A DNA stretch of 62,545 nucleotides from a bacterium (GCA_020850775.1 JADZEA010000034.1:1-62545), one strand, 5' to 3'; shown: positions 37,085-46,891, numbered from the stretch's first letter. Notes: generated by a model not told the origin, from the letters alone. Numbers and translations: made by a program.

Positions 37085-38116
37085 TTAACTAATCTTCCCA
37101 ATTGTTTCAAGCGAGTTAAAAACTCCGTTTTTATCAAACTTTTCTTTGAGTAAAAAATGCAGTTTCTCAACTTCTTTAGAGGAAAAACTTAACTTACGGG
37201 GAAAATCAAAATCAAACCTGCTTAGTTTTAAGTTGAACCTGAAAAAGTCTTTCAACTTCAAAACTTGCTCCCAAAATTGCGTTTCAACCAAAAAAGTTCC
37301 CGTTAAAAAATCAAGCCTGAAATCAAAATCTAAGTTTTTACAAAGTTCCTTGCTTGTTGAAATGCTTGTCAAAATTTTAAAAGCTAATTTTTCAGTGTAA
37401 AACTTATCCGTCAGTTCCTGCAAAAACACAGCTTTTTCTTCTTTGGAAAACTCCGCTTTGAAGTTTTTTGAGAAGTTCTGTTTTAAAAACTCACTGAAAA
37501 CTAAAACTTCTCTTTCTCTTCCCGAAAAACCACAGTAAAGTTTTTGGTTTGAAAGCTCAAGAACGTCGCAAGGCAGTTTCTGACAAAAATTAACGACTTC
37601 CAAAAGCTCATTTTTTTCACCTTCAAAAACGAGTAAAATTTCATTTTCAGGCAAAGCGTAAGTCCGTAAAGTTATCTCAAAAATCAAACCAAGCGTTCCG
37701 TACGAGCCAACCAAAAGTTTGTGTAAATCGTAACCGGCAACGTTTTTTACAACTTTTCCACCGGATTTCAGAAGGTTTCCTTCGCCGTCAAAAAATTTTA
37801 AACCTAAAAGATTGTCTTTAAAAGTGCCAAATTTTTTTTGGTAAAATCCACGAAAATCGCTTGCAACAAGCCCTCCAAGTGTTGAGTTTTTTGGAGCAAT
37901 TAACGGAAAAAACTGGTTCTGACGGTTGAGTTTGCTTTGAAAATCGGAAAATTTTATTCCTGCCAAAGCAGTGCAAACGAGGTCAGAAACGGAAAATTCA
38001 ACAATTTCTTTGTAGTTTGCAACCGAAAGGAAGTTTTGTTTTTCAACTCTTCCGGTTGGAAAAAGTTTTTGTTTTGTTTGATTTGCAAACGAGATTTTTT
38101 GAGTGAGCTTTTCCAT
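37085..38116 (-). CDS. FAD-binding oxidoreductase, GlcE-like (PCMH type)
   Basis: KNVAGYDLHKLLVGSYGTLG motif in a 343-aa protein. Confidence 0.75.
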   Translation of the reverse strand: MEKLTQKISFANQTKQKLFPTGRVEKQNFLSVANYKEIVEFSVSDLVCTALAGIKFSDFQSKLNRQNQFFPLIAPKNSTLGGLVASDFRGFYQKKFGTFKDNLLGLKFFDGEGNLLKSGGKVVKNVAGYDLHKLLVGSYGTLGLIFEITLRTYALPENEILLVFEGEKNELLEVVNFCQKLPCDVLELSNQKLYCGFSGREREVLVFSEFLKQNFSKNFKAEFSKEEKAVFLQELTDKFYTEKLAFKILTSISTSKELCKNLDFDFRLDFLTGTFLVETQFWEQVLKLKDFFRFNLKLSRFDFDFPRKLSFSSKEVEKLHFLLKEKFDKNGVFNSLETIGKIS

Positions 38117-38166
38117 AAATTTGTGCTGAAAACCTTCAAAGTTTTGTTCGTTTTGAAGGTTAGAAA

Positions 38167-39174
38167 TTAAAGATTGCTTAAAATTGCGTTTGTGATTTCG
38201 TTGGTGGAAGCACTTCCGCCAAGGTCTTTTGTAAGGTTTACAGGGTTTTTTAAAGTTTCACGAATTGCATTCATAATTTTTAGTGAAGCGTCTTTTTCAC
38301 CGATGTAATCAAGCATTAAACAGCTTGAAAGCATTACTGAAAGCGGGTTTGCGATTCCCATTCCAATGATGTCCGGAGCAGAACCGTGGACAGCTTCAAA
38401 AATTCCGATTCCATCTTTTCCGATGTTTGCACCGGGAGCAACTCCAAGTCCGCCAATCAAACCGGCAGTAAGGTCAGAAATTATGTCTCCAAACATGTTT
38501 GTTGTAACGATTACGTCAAATTTTGTCGGGTCAGTAACGAGTTGCATGCACATATTATCAATAATTTTGTCTTCACACTGAATTTCCGGGTACTCAAGAG
38601 CGATTTGTCTTGTAGTGTCCAAAAATAATCCACTTGAAAACTTGAGAATGTTTGCCTTGTGTACGATTGTAACTTTTTTCCTGCCATTTTGTTTTGCGTA
38701 CTCAAAAGCAAAACGTGCAATTCTTTCCGAGCCGGATTTTGTAACAATCACGACACTTTCTGCAGCTTCCCGGTTTTGCCCGATGTAGTGTTCAATTCCA
38801 CTGTAAAGTCCTTCAGTGTTTTCACGGACAATCACGAGGTCAACATTATTGTAATTGCTTTTAATTCCCTGAAATTTGATTGCAGGTCTGAGGTTTACGT
38901 AAAGGTCAAATTCTTTGCGAAGTGCAACGTTAATGCTTCTGAAACCACTTCCAACCGGAGTTGTCAAAGGTCCTTTCAGAGCAATTTTATTTTTTTGAAT
39001 GCTGTGGATAGTTTCGTTTGGCAAAGGGTTTGAAAACATTGCGATTGCATCCATTCCTGCGTGAACTTCTTCCCAAACAATTTGAACGCCTGTCTTTTCA
39101 ATTACTTTAACGGCAGCGTAAACCACTTCCGGACCAATTCCGTCGCCACGAATTAATGAAATTTTATGAGCCAT
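38167..39174 (-). CDS. Isocitrate/isopropylmalate dehydrogenase family protein (probably NAD-dependent isocitrate dehydrogenase type)
   Basis: ISLIRGDGIGPEV, SINVALRKEFDLYVNLRP and NMFGDIISDL....GGLG motifs. Confidence 0.88.
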   Translation of the reverse strand: MAHKISLIRGDGIGPEVVYAAVKVIEKTGVQIVWEEVHAGMDAIAMFSNPLPNETIHSIQKNKIALKGPLTTPVGSGFRSINVALRKEFDLYVNLRPAIKFQGIKSNYNNVDLVIVRENTEGLYSGIEHYIGQNREAAESVVIVTKSGSERIARFAFEYAKQNGRKKVTIVHKANILKFSSGLFLDTTRQIALEYPEIQCEDKIIDNMCMQLVTDPTKFDVIVTTNMFGDIISDLTAGLIGGLGVAPGANIGKDGIGIFEAVHGSAPDIIGMGIANPLSVMLSSCLMLDYIGEKDASLKIMNAIRETLKNPVNLTKDLGGSASTNEITNAILSNL

Positions 39175-39213
39175 TTTATTATTTTCCCTAATTTTTAGTT
39201 AATCAAAAATAAG

Positions 39214-39254
39214 CAAAAAAAAAGGCTTTAACAAATTTTTGTCAAGCCTTTTTT
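39214..39254 (-). terminator. Intrinsic terminator directly after nuoK
   Basis: Stem aaaggctt (39221-39228) and aagccttt (39245-39252) with a 16-nt loop (39229-39244). The A-run at 39215-39223 gives a U-tract on the minus-strand transcript. Confidence 0.6.
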
Positions 39255-39275
39255 AGAAAGTTCCGATATTTTGCT

Positions 39276-39587
39276 TTATCCTTCAAGTTGAGTAGCTTCG
39301 TCAACATTTATGGAATTGATGTGTCTGTACAAGTGAAGAATTATCGCAAGTGCAACAGCAGCTTCCGAAGCCGCCAAAATAATGATAAAAATTGTAACTA
39401 ACTGACCTGAAATGCCATTTTCAACAAATCTTGAAAAGGCTACAAAATTAATGCAGGCAGCGTTCAGGACTAACTCAACTCCCATTAAAATGCTGATTGC
39501 ATTTCGTTTTGTGAACATTGCAAGAAGTCCAAGCACAAAAAGTATAGCACTGAGAACAAGGTAAGGTTCTAAGGAATTGTAAAACAT
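39276..39587 (-). CDS. nuoK: NADH-quinone oxidoreductase subunit K
   Basis: 103-aa three-TM protein with the GVELVLNA and AASEAAVALAI pattern, in nuo order. Confidence 0.92.
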   Translation of the reverse strand: MFYNSLEPYLVLSAILFVLGLLAMFTKRNAISILMGVELVLNAACINFVAFSRFVENGISGQLVTIFIIILAASEAAVALAIILHLYRHINSINVDEATQLEG

Positions 39588-40096
39588 TAAATTTCCTCCT
39601 TTTTTTCATCACGCCCAATAATTACAGCACCAATCAAAGCAACTAAAAGCAAAATTGCCGCAAGCTCAAAAGGTAAAATAAAATTACCCATAAATGCTTT
39701 GCCAATCTCTAATGTTTGCGGAGTAAACTCCTGAGTTGTTGTTACAATTTGCCAGTCAGTGTTAAAAATCAAAGCAGCCAAAGCTCCAAGAAATGCCAAA
39801 GAAGTAGCTCCACCAATAATTTTTTGTGTTGAAGTCTCTTCAGTTGTCAGGTTGTAGATTTTTTTTGTGAGCAAAATTCCAAAAAGTATCAGAACGGAAA
39901 TTCCACCAACGTAAACAATGAGTTGAGTTCCGGCTAAGAAGTCAGCGTTTAGTAAAATGTAAATTCCACCAACTCCAAAAAAGGAAAAAAGCAATGCAAA
40001 AGCTGAGTAAATTATTTTGCTGTGGAAAACGACGACAAATCCGCAAGCAACAATCAAAGTTGCCAATATTAAAAACACGAAATCTGCAGGTACCAT
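39587..40096 (-). CDS. nuoJ: NADH-quinone oxidoreductase subunit J
   Basis: 169-aa polytopic protein between nuoI and nuoK with YVGGISVL and PFELAAILLLVALIGA. Confidence 0.88.
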   Translation of the reverse strand: MVPADFVFLILATLIVACGFVVVFHSKIIYSAFALLFSFFGVGGIYILLNADFLAGTQLIVYVGGISVLILFGILLTKKIYNLTTEETSTQKIIGGATSLAFLGALAALIFNTDWQIVTTTQEFTPQTLEIGKAFMGNFILPFELAAILLLVALIGAVIIGRDEKKEEI

Positions 40097-40118
40097 TTTT
40101 TACCTAAAAATTTAATTT

Positions 40119-40769
40119 TTACTCTTTAGTTTCAGGCTTTTGTTCAGCCTTTACTTCTTCAGTTTTAGCTTCAACTTGTGGAACTTCTGCTTTAGCCTTT
40201 GCTTCAGTTTCTGCTTTTAGTTTAGCTTCTGCGGCAGCTTTTGCTTTGGCAATTTTTTCAGCGGCTTCCTGTTGTTCACGAAGTTTAGCTTCTTGTTTTA
40301 TTTGCTCTACCTGTTCAGGTGAGTAATCTGAAAATTTGTAGAGTAAGTCTTTTCTCTCAAATTTAATAAAATTAAAATCACTGTTAATCGTGATGCACTC
40401 GGTTGGACAAGGATAAGTACAAAGTGCACAAAACATACATTTTGCCATGTCAATGTCGTAGCGGGTTAAGTAAAGCCTTCTTTTTTGTCCGTTAGAAGTG
40501 TCAGAAAGAGTTCCTGCAGGTGCTTTTACAGTTTCAATGTAAATGCAACTTACAGGGCAGGCATTCGCACATTTCATACAACCGATACAATCTTCAATCC
40601 TGTTGTGGAGCTGCTGACGTGAGAATTTTGGGAGTGGAACAGCCTTGTGAGGATACTGTGTGGTGAAAATTCCATCAGGTTTTCTCGCATTTTTAAAGTG
40701 TCTGAAGGTAATTTTCATTCCGGTTGCGATTGTGGAAAAAGCTTTAGAAATATTTCCAAAGTAAGACAT
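40119..40769 (-). CDS. nuoI: NADH-quinone oxidoreductase subunit I with a K/A/E-rich C-terminal extension
   Basis: Two 4Fe-4S motifs, CIGCMKCANACP and CMFCALCTYPCP. A ~65-aa low-complexity tail is present. Confidence 0.92.
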   Translation of the reverse strand: MSYFGNISKAFSTIATGMKITFRHFKNARKPDGIFTTQYPHKAVPLPKFSRQQLHNRIEDCIGCMKCANACPVSCIYIETVKAPAGTLSDTSNGQKRRLYLTRYDIDMAKCMFCALCTYPCPTECITINSDFNFIKFERKDLLYKFSDYSPEQVEQIKQEAKLREQQEAAEKIAKAKAAAEAKLKAETEAKAKAEVPQVEAKTEEVKAEQKPETKE

Positions 40770-40787
40770 TTAATTAGCCTTTCGGTT

Positions 40788-41876
40788 TTAAGTTAAAAAT
40801 ACTTTGTAAATCGTAACGTAAAAAAATGTGAACAGCGTGAAAGGTATCAGGTACTTCCAGCAAAGATTCATCAGTTGGTCAACACGAAGTCTCGGAAGTG
40901 TCCAGCGAACCCACATCACAACAAAAATCAAGACAAAAACTTTCGTGATAAAAATGAGCGGAGCAATTCCAGGAATGTTTGCCTCGTCAAGCATTGGAAT
41001 CCCACTGTTCCAACCACCTAAAAACAAAGTAACGGCGATTGCGTTTCCGACAAAAATTGCACCGTACTCAGCAAGGAAAAAAATCGCAAACCGCATTCCC
41101 GTGTACTCAGTGTGGTAACCGGCAACAAGCTCTGATTCTGCTTCAGGAATGTCAAAAGGTGCTCTGTTGGTTTCTGCAAGCGAGCAGGTAAAGTAAATTA
41201 AAAAATTGATAAACATTACGGGCAAAAGCACGATTCCAATTGCTCCGTTGTGTGAAATTGCTCCAAAAAGATGCCAGTTCCAAAACCAGCCGGACTGAGC
41301 TAAAACCATCTCCTTCAAACTCAGTGTCCCGCAAATCATTACAATGCTAATCAGCGAAACGCCAATCGGGATTTCGTAGCTAACCATTTGGGCAGTAGAA
41401 CGCAAAGCACCAAGAAGTCCCCATTTATTGTTTGAAGCCCAACCAGCCATTAAAATCCCTGTAACCCCAAAAGATGAAATTGCAAGAATGTAAAACAAAC
41501 CGATGTTAATGTCCGCAGGAACAAAATATTCAGCCAAAGGCAAAGCGGCAAAAGCGGCAAAAGTGCCACCAAAAACAATCATTGGAGCAAGCTTGAAAAG
41601 AAAAACATCAGCACCTTTTGGCACAATGTCTTCTTTTTGCAGAAGTTTCAAACCGTCGGCAAGGCTTTGAGCAAGACCAATTCTACCTTCTTTGAAGGTC
41701 TTTTTTCCAATAATTGCATTGGCTAAACTGCCAAAACCAACTTCCATCGGTCCGAGCCTGTCCTGCATAAAAGCAGAAACTTTTCTCTCAAGATAAATGC
41801 TGATGATTCCAACTACACTGACAAGCCCAACCATCACTAAAATTGAAATCATTGTCCAAACTAAAATGTTATCCAT
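40788..41876 (-). CDS. nuoH: NADH-quinone oxidoreductase subunit H
   Basis: [40 protein letters not shown]. Confidence 0.95.
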   Translation of the reverse strand: MDNILVWTMISILVMVGLVSVVGIISIYLERKVSAFMQDRLGPMEVGFGSLANAIIGKKTFKEGRIGLAQSLADGLKLLQKEDIVPKGADVFLFKLAPMIVFGGTFAAFAALPLAEYFVPADINIGLFYILAISSFGVTGILMAGWASNNKWGLLGALRSTAQMVSYEIPIGVSLISIVMICGTLSLKEMVLAQSGWFWNWHLFGAISHNGAIGIVLLPVMFINFLIYFTCSLAETNRAPFDIPEAESELVAGYHTEYTGMRFAIFFLAEYGAIFVGNAIAVTLFLGGWNSGIPMLDEANIPGIAPLIFITKVFVLIFVVMWVRWTLPRLRVDQLMNLCWKYLIPFTLFTFFYVTIYKVFLT

Positions 41877-41899
41877 AAATTTTTCTCAAGTTTTAATTT

Positions 41900-43033
41900 T
41901 TATCTGTCAACTTCACCTAAAACAATGTCAACGCTTCCAAGAATTGCGATAACGTCTGAAATCATCACACCTTTACAAATTTCTTCCAAAATTGAAAGTG
42001 AGCAAAACGCAGGTGAACGAACTTTTACCCTGTAAGGAACCGGAGCTTTTCCGCCTTCACTCACAACGTAAATTCCCATTTCACCGCGGGGAGTTTCAGA
42101 GCGTGCGTAAACTTCACCTTTTGGCATTTTGTTAAAGTTTTTTGGAACCGTTTCGTAAATGTCTCCTTCAAGAGAAATTCCTTCAAGTGCTTGTTCAATA
42201 ATTTTTATTGACTCTCTGCACTCACGAATTCTGATAATGTAACGGTCCCAACAATCACCAACTTGTCCTTGTTCACCAGCTCCAACCGGAATGTTAAAAT
42301 CAAATTTTGTGTAAAGTGAGTAAGGTTCGTTTTTACGCAAATCCCAGTTCACACCTGAGCCACGTAAATTTGGTCCGGTAAATCCGTAACTGATTGCCAT
42401 TTCTTTTGTTACAACGCCAACGTTTGCAGTTCTTTCAACAAAGATTTTGTTCAGGCTAAGGAGTTCGTCAACTTCATCAAGAGCAGGTTTGAATTCTTGG
42501 CAAAACTTTTTGGTTTTTTTGAGCCAGTCGCCGTCAACGTCTCTTGCAACTCCGCCAACCCAAATGTAATTGTAAAGCATTCTTGCACCAGAGGCTTCTT
42601 CAAGCAGGTCAAATATTTTTTCGCGTTGGATAAAAGCAAGCAAAAACGGAGTGAAAGCGCCGATGTCTAACCCAAAAGTTCCGAAAGCGATGATGTGGCT
42701 TGCGATTCTGTTCAGTTCGCCAACAATCACACGAAGGTATTCGCATTTTTCGGAGACTTTAATTCCCATCAATTTTTCAATTGCAATGCAAAAAGCCCAG
42801 TTGTTGTTCATTGAAGCGAGGTAATCCATTCGGTCAGTAAAAGGAATAATTTTCAGGTAATCCAAAGATTCACAATGTTTTTCAAAGCAGCGATGAAGGT
42901 AACCAAGGAAAGGACGACAAGCCATAACAATTTCGCCGTCAGTTTTCAGTTCAAGGCGTAAAACTCCGTGAGTGGAAGGGTGCTGTGGTCCCATATTTAT
43001 AATCATAAAATCAGTTTCAATCTTGTGTTCCAT
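41900..43033 (-). CDS. nuoD: NADH-quinone oxidoreductase subunit D
   Basis: [15 protein letters not shown], and a C-terminus ending DIVLGEVDR. Confidence 0.95.
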   Translation of the reverse strand: MEHKIETDFMIINMGPQHPSTHGVLRLELKTDGEIVMACRPFLGYLHRCFEKHCESLDYLKIIPFTDRMDYLASMNNNWAFCIAIEKLMGIKVSEKCEYLRVIVGELNRIASHIIAFGTFGLDIGAFTPFLLAFIQREKIFDLLEEASGARMLYNYIWVGGVARDVDGDWLKKTKKFCQEFKPALDEVDELLSLNKIFVERTANVGVVTKEMAISYGFTGPNLRGSGVNWDLRKNEPYSLYTKFDFNIPVGAGEQGQVGDCWDRYIIRIRECRESIKIIEQALEGISLEGDIYETVPKNFNKMPKGEVYARSETPRGEMGIYVVSEGGKAPVPYRVKVRSPAFCSLSILEEICKGVMISDVIAILGSVDIVLGEVDR

Positions 43034-43544
43034 AAGTTCCTTCCTCTTCTTCAGGTGTAACTTCCATTCCTCTCCAAAAGCGGGGGAATTTGTAATCTTT
43101 TCTTAGCGGAAATCCTTCCCAGTCTTCTTCAAGCAAAATTCTTCTGTGGTCAGGGTGGTCTTTGAACTTAATTCCAAACATATCCCAGGTTTCTCTTTCA
43201 AGCCAATTTGCAACTCCCCAGGTGTGAGCAGTTGTTCCAACTATTGGGTTATCTCTTTTTGCAGTCGCTTTTATGCAAATTTTATGGAGTTTACTCATTG
43301 AAAACAAGTGATAAACTACTTGCAGGTCATCTTTTAAATCAACTCCGCTAATGCAACAGCACTGGTCAAAAGCTAAATCTTTGTCGTGTTTGAGAAAATC
43401 GGCGAGTTCAGTCATTGCCAAAGGCTCAACGTCGATGAAAGGGTCGCAAACGTCAAAACCATTTTGCGAAGGAAGTGTCAGGCGAAGGATTTTCCCTTCA
43501 CCAAATTTTTCTTTCAGTTTGTCAAAAATTTCTTCGGGTGTCAT
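43017..43544 (-). CDS. nuoC: NADH-quinone oxidoreductase subunit C
   Basis: [26 protein letters not shown] motif. Confidence 0.92.
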   Translation of the reverse strand: MTPEEIFDKLKEKFGEGKILRLTLPSQNGFDVCDPFIDVEPLAMTELADFLKHDKDLAFDQCCCISGVDLKDDLQVVYHLFSMSKLHKICIKATAKRDNPIVGTTAHTWGVANWLERETWDMFGIKFKDHPDHRRILLEEDWEGFPLRKDYKFPRFWRGMEVTPEEEEGTYGTQD

Positions 43545-43555
43545 TAGTCAAATTC

Positions 43556-44047
43556 CTAAACTACTAATTTTTTAGCGATTGTTTGTTGGTTAATTTTTTC
43601 CTGAAGTTTAAAAATTCCTTCGAGCAAGGCTTCAGGTCTTGGAGGACAACCCGGAACGTAAACATCAACGGGAATAATTCTGTCAACTCCTTTTAACACG
43701 TGGTAACCGTGTTGCCAGTAAGGTCCGCCACAGTTTGAACAACTTCCCATTGAAATTACGTACTTTGGTTCAGGCATTTGTTCGTACAGTCTTTTAACTC
43801 TGACCGCCATTTTCATTGTTACAGTTCCTGCAACAATCATTAAATCGCATTGTCTTGGGCTTGGTCTGAAGACTTCACAGCCGAAACGAGCCATGTCAAA
43901 ACGAGAAGCTCCTGTTGCCATCATTTCAATTGCACAACAAGCAAGCCCAAAACCCATTGGCCAAATTGAAGATTTTTTTGCCCAATTTAAAACGCCATCA
44001 ACGGTTGTAGTGATGACTCCTTCTTCCAAAATTCCGTCTAAACTCAT
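43556..44047 (-). CDS. nuoB: NADH-quinone oxidoreductase subunit B
   Basis: [21 protein letters not shown] and VPGCPPRPE, the N2-cluster cysteines. Confidence 0.95.
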   Translation of the reverse strand: MSLDGILEEGVITTTVDGVLNWAKKSSIWPMGFGLACCAIEMMATGASRFDMARFGCEVFRPSPRQCDLMIVAGTVTMKMAVRVKRLYEQMPEPKYVISMGSCSNCGGPYWQHGYHVLKGVDRIIPVDVYVPGCPPRPEALLEGIFKLQEKINQQTIAKKLVV

Positions 44048-44460
44048 TTTACTGTCTCTTTCTTAAAGTAACTTGGGTTAAGTAAACTTGGTTTAATCCA
44101 TTCTAAACCGCCTTTTATCCAATCGTAAGCTAAACCAAGCACAAGAATTGCGACAAAAATTGTCATTGCCCAAAAAGCTAAAATTCCTTCTCCGCTTTCA
44201 ATCAAACTGTTGAGAGCTACAGCCCAGGGAAAAAGCAAAACAATTTCCACGTCAAACACAAGAAAAACAAGAGCGACTAAGTAGAAACGATTGTTAAAAC
44301 GAATCCAGGCATCTCCTTCAGCAGGTTCGCCGCATTCGTAAATTTCTTCTTTTTGCTGGCTGCTAATTTTTTTGCCAAGAATTGAGGCAATGATTAGGTT
44401 TGCAGTTACGAAAACCATTCCAAAGACAAAGAAAGCCAAAATTACTGTGTATTTTTCCAT
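44044..44460 (-). CDS. nuoA: NADH-quinone oxidoreductase subunit A
   Basis: 138-aa three-TM protein with YECGEP and [15 protein letters not shown]. Confidence 0.92.
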   Translation of the reverse strand: MEKYTVILAFFVFGMVFVTANLIIASILGKKISSQQKEEIYECGEPAEGDAWIRFNNRFYLVALVFLVFDVEIVLLFPWAVALNSLIESGEGILAFWAMTIFVAILVLGLAYDWIKGGLEWIKPSLLNPSYFKKETVK

Positions 44461-44528
44461 TTTTGTTCTTTAGTTTAATTTACAACTTTAAAAATTAAGG
44501 CTAAAATTTAATAACTTTAAGAGATTTC

Positions 44529-45038
44529 TCAAATCTTTTTTTGCCTTTTCTTCAGTTCGTCTTTGATTAAAGAGATAACTCTTGGGTCAAGGCTTTCTTT
44601 TTTACCAATTTTTTCAATCATTTCAGTCACGGAAGCATCGAAGGAAAGAGCAGGGATTTTTTCTAAAAGCTCTAAAAGTAAATTTTCCCAGCCATCAAGT
44701 TCAGTGCTAAATTCAATTTTTTCAGTTTCTTGTGTGAACAAGTAAAAGCCAAGATAATTTTTAAAATGCCGTGTTGCAATTTGAGAAATTTTATCAAAGT
44801 GAATTTCTTTAGTTTTGCCGTAGAAATTTACAGAGACAATTTTTTCTTTGTGGATTTCAATTTTTGAATTTTTTATGAATAAAAAAAGGTAACCAACAAC
44901 CAAAAAACAAAGCGTAGCCAAAACACCTGTAAACAGTGATTTTTCTTCAAAAGCAATGCTTGAGCAAAAAAATCCAATTAGTAACCACGAAACAAGGATG
45001 ATTGAATTAAGGACTTTTTTTACTTTGTAAATTTTCAT
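44529..45038 (-). CDS. Hypothetical membrane protein
   Basis: 169-aa ORF with two N-terminal hydrophobic segments. I recognised no motif. Confidence 0.55.
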   Translation of the reverse strand: MKIYKVKKVLNSIILVSWLLIGFFCSSIAFEEKSLFTGVLATLCFLVVGYLFLFIKNSKIEIHKEKIVSVNFYGKTKEIHFDKISQIATRHFKNYLGFYLFTQETEKIEFSTELDGWENLLLELLEKIPALSFDASVTEMIEKIGKKESLDPRVISLIKDELKKRQKKI

Positions 45039-45106
45039 TTAGACTCAAGTTTTTTTAGTTGAATTTAAAACTTTATCAGGTTTAAAGGTAAATTTTTCAG
45101 GAGGGA

Positions 45107-45147
45107 ATACTTGAGAAAAGTGAACTTTTCTCAAGTATCGTTTTTTT
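45107..45147 (+). terminator. Strong plus-strand intrinsic terminator-like hairpin with no annotated plus-strand gene
   Basis: A perfect 14-bp stem, atacttgagaaaag (45107-45120) and cttttctcaagtat (45125-45138), with the 4-nt loop tgaa. It is followed by cgtttttttggttttt. Confidence 0.6.
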
Positions 45148-45196
45148 GGTTTTTAATTTTGGGAATAATTGACGTATTTTTCGGCGGGATATTTGA

Positions 45197-45784
45197 TTAA
45201 TTTTGGGAATTTTTAATAAAGCCTTTCTCTTTTGCGTATTTTAAAAGAGATTTTTGTAAAATTTTTCTGCCTCTAAAGATTCTTGACATCACAGTTCCCA
45301 ATGGAATTCCTTGAATTTCTTCAATTTCTTTGTAAGACAAGCCTTCGATATCGCAAAGTAAAATTACGCTTCTGAATTGTTCGGGCAAGGTGTCAAGAGC
45401 CTTTTTAATATCATCATCATAAATTTTTTCATAAACTAAGTCAGCATTTACTTTCCTGGTGCTGTAATGATTGTAATCAAGATTATCATACAAAAAAAAG
45501 TCTTCAAGTACATCGTAGCTCAACATTTTTGGCTGTTTTGCTTTTTTCCTGTAAAAAGTAATGTAGGAATTTGTCATAATTTTAAAAATCCATGCCCTGA
45601 AATTTGTTCCTTCTTCAAAACTATCAAAAAATCTGTAAGCTTTAAAAAACGTGTCTTGAATTAAATCACCGGCATCTTCAGGGTTTTTTGTCATCTTCAA
45701 AGCCATGCCTTGAAGCAGTTTGTTGTGAGGAGCTATTAATTCTTTAAATTTAGCTTCTCTTAGCTTGTTTGTTGCTACTAACAT
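45197..45784 (-). CDS. ECF-type RNA polymerase sigma-70 family factor
   Basis: Region 2 DLIQDTFFKAYRFFDSF...FRAWIFKIMTN and region 4 LSYKEIEEIQGIPLGTVMSRIFRGR. Confidence 0.9.
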   Translation of the reverse strand: MLVATNKLREAKFKELIAPHNKLLQGMALKMTKNPEDAGDLIQDTFFKAYRFFDSFEEGTNFRAWIFKIMTNSYITFYRKKAKQPKMLSYDVLEDFFLYDNLDYNHYSTRKVNADLVYEKIYDDDIKKALDTLPEQFRSVILLCDIEGLSYKEIEEIQGIPLGTVMSRIFRGRKILQKSLLKYAKEKGFIKNSQN

Positions 45785-45903
45785 AACTAATCCTTTAAGT
45801 AGGTTTTCTAAAATTTTTTTATTACATTCGTTCCTGTCTTAAGTTAGTCAAACCTTGTGCCAATGATTTAAAGACATTCTAAGGCACTTTTCAGTTTTTT
45901 AGG

Positions 45904-45931
45904 TTGACTTAAAATAGTATTAGTGTATCAT
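45904..45931 (+). promoter_or_regulatory. Sigma-70-like promoter candidate for the DUF4920 gene
   Basis: TTGACT (45904-45909), a 16-nt spacer, then TATCAT (45926-45931), 30 nt upstream of the ATG. A GGAG SD lies before the ATG. Confidence 0.3.
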
Positions 45932-45960
45932 TTTAAAACAAAATTGGAGAACTTAAAAAA

Positions 45961-46425
45961 ATGTTCAGGAAAATCTTACTTATCGCAACACTTTTAGCTT
46001 TTGGATGTGCTAAACAAAACCCAAAAGATGCAAAATCAAATACTTACGGTGAAGAAATGAAACTTACGGAAAGCCATTCCCTAAACGAAGTTTTAACCAA
46101 ACCTGATGAGTTCAGTGGTAAACACATTAGAATTGATTCCCAAATTTCTTCTGTTTGCCAGGCAAAAGGTTGTTGGATGATTTTAACCGAAGAAAGCGGA
46201 AAAGAAATCAGAGTAACTTTTAAAGATTACGGTTTCTTTGTTCCAAAAGATTCTAAGGGCAAAAAAGTTTCCGTTGAAGGCGATTTTGCAATCAATGAAC
46301 TTTCCGAAGAAGATGCAAAACATTACGCAAGTGAATCAGAAGGTAAAGTCAATCCCGATTCGATTCAAGGTTCACAAAAAGAATTTAGCCTTGTTGCAAA
46401 TGCAGTTGTAATTTATGAAAACTAA
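45961..46425 (+). CDS. DUF4920 domain-containing lipoprotein
   Basis: Lipobox LAFGCA and the VCQAKGCWMIL motif typical of DUF4920. Confidence 0.8.
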   Translation: MFRKILLIATLLAFGCAKQNPKDAKSNTYGEEMKLTESHSLNEVLTKPDEFSGKHIRIDSQISSVCQAKGCWMILTEESGKEIRVTFKDYGFFVPKDSKGKKVSVEGDFAINELSEEDAKHYASESEGKVNPDSIQGSQKEFSLVANAVVIYEN

Positions 46426-46444
46426 CTTTCAGAAAGCATTTTGA

Positions 46445-46891
46445 ATGAAAATTTTAACTATTTTTTCTTTACTGATTTTTTGCATTTCTACTGTTGCCGA
46501 ATCAGTTTCTCAAAGTAAAACAGTTGCTGCAAGTTCTGCAAAAGATTCTGTAAACTACCAAATTCCAAAAGGTGCTTTGAAAGAAGTAATGTTTGGAATG
46601 TTTGAAAATATTCTTGAAATCAAGGAAAAACTTAAGAAAAATCAAAGTTTAGGCAATCTTCCTGACACTTTGGTTTCGGCTTACAAAGGACTTGACAAGA
46701 CAAAATTAGACAAAAAATACCTTGATTTTGATTTGGCACTTCAAAAATCAATTCAGGAACTTTACAAATCAAAAAATGAAAAAATAGCTTTTAATAAAAT
46801 CATTGAAAACTGTGTTTCTTGCCATTCAATCTATGCTCCGCAAAAAATTATGATTGTTCAAAGGCTTGTTTTTGAGGCAGAAAAAAAATAA
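46445..46891 (+). CDS. Putative c-type cytochrome (class II / cytochrome c'-like placement of CXXCH)
   Basis: Signal peptide, a predicted all-helical 148-aa protein, and a single CVSCH heme-binding motif about 25 aa from the C-terminus. Confidence 0.5.
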   Translation: MKILTIFSLLIFCISTVAESVSQSKTVAASSAKDSVNYQIPKGALKEVMFGMFENILEIKEKLKKNQSLGNLPDTLVSAYKGLDKTKLDKKYLDFDLALQKSIQELYKSKNEKIAFNKIIENCVSCHSIYAPQKIMIVQRLVFEAEKK

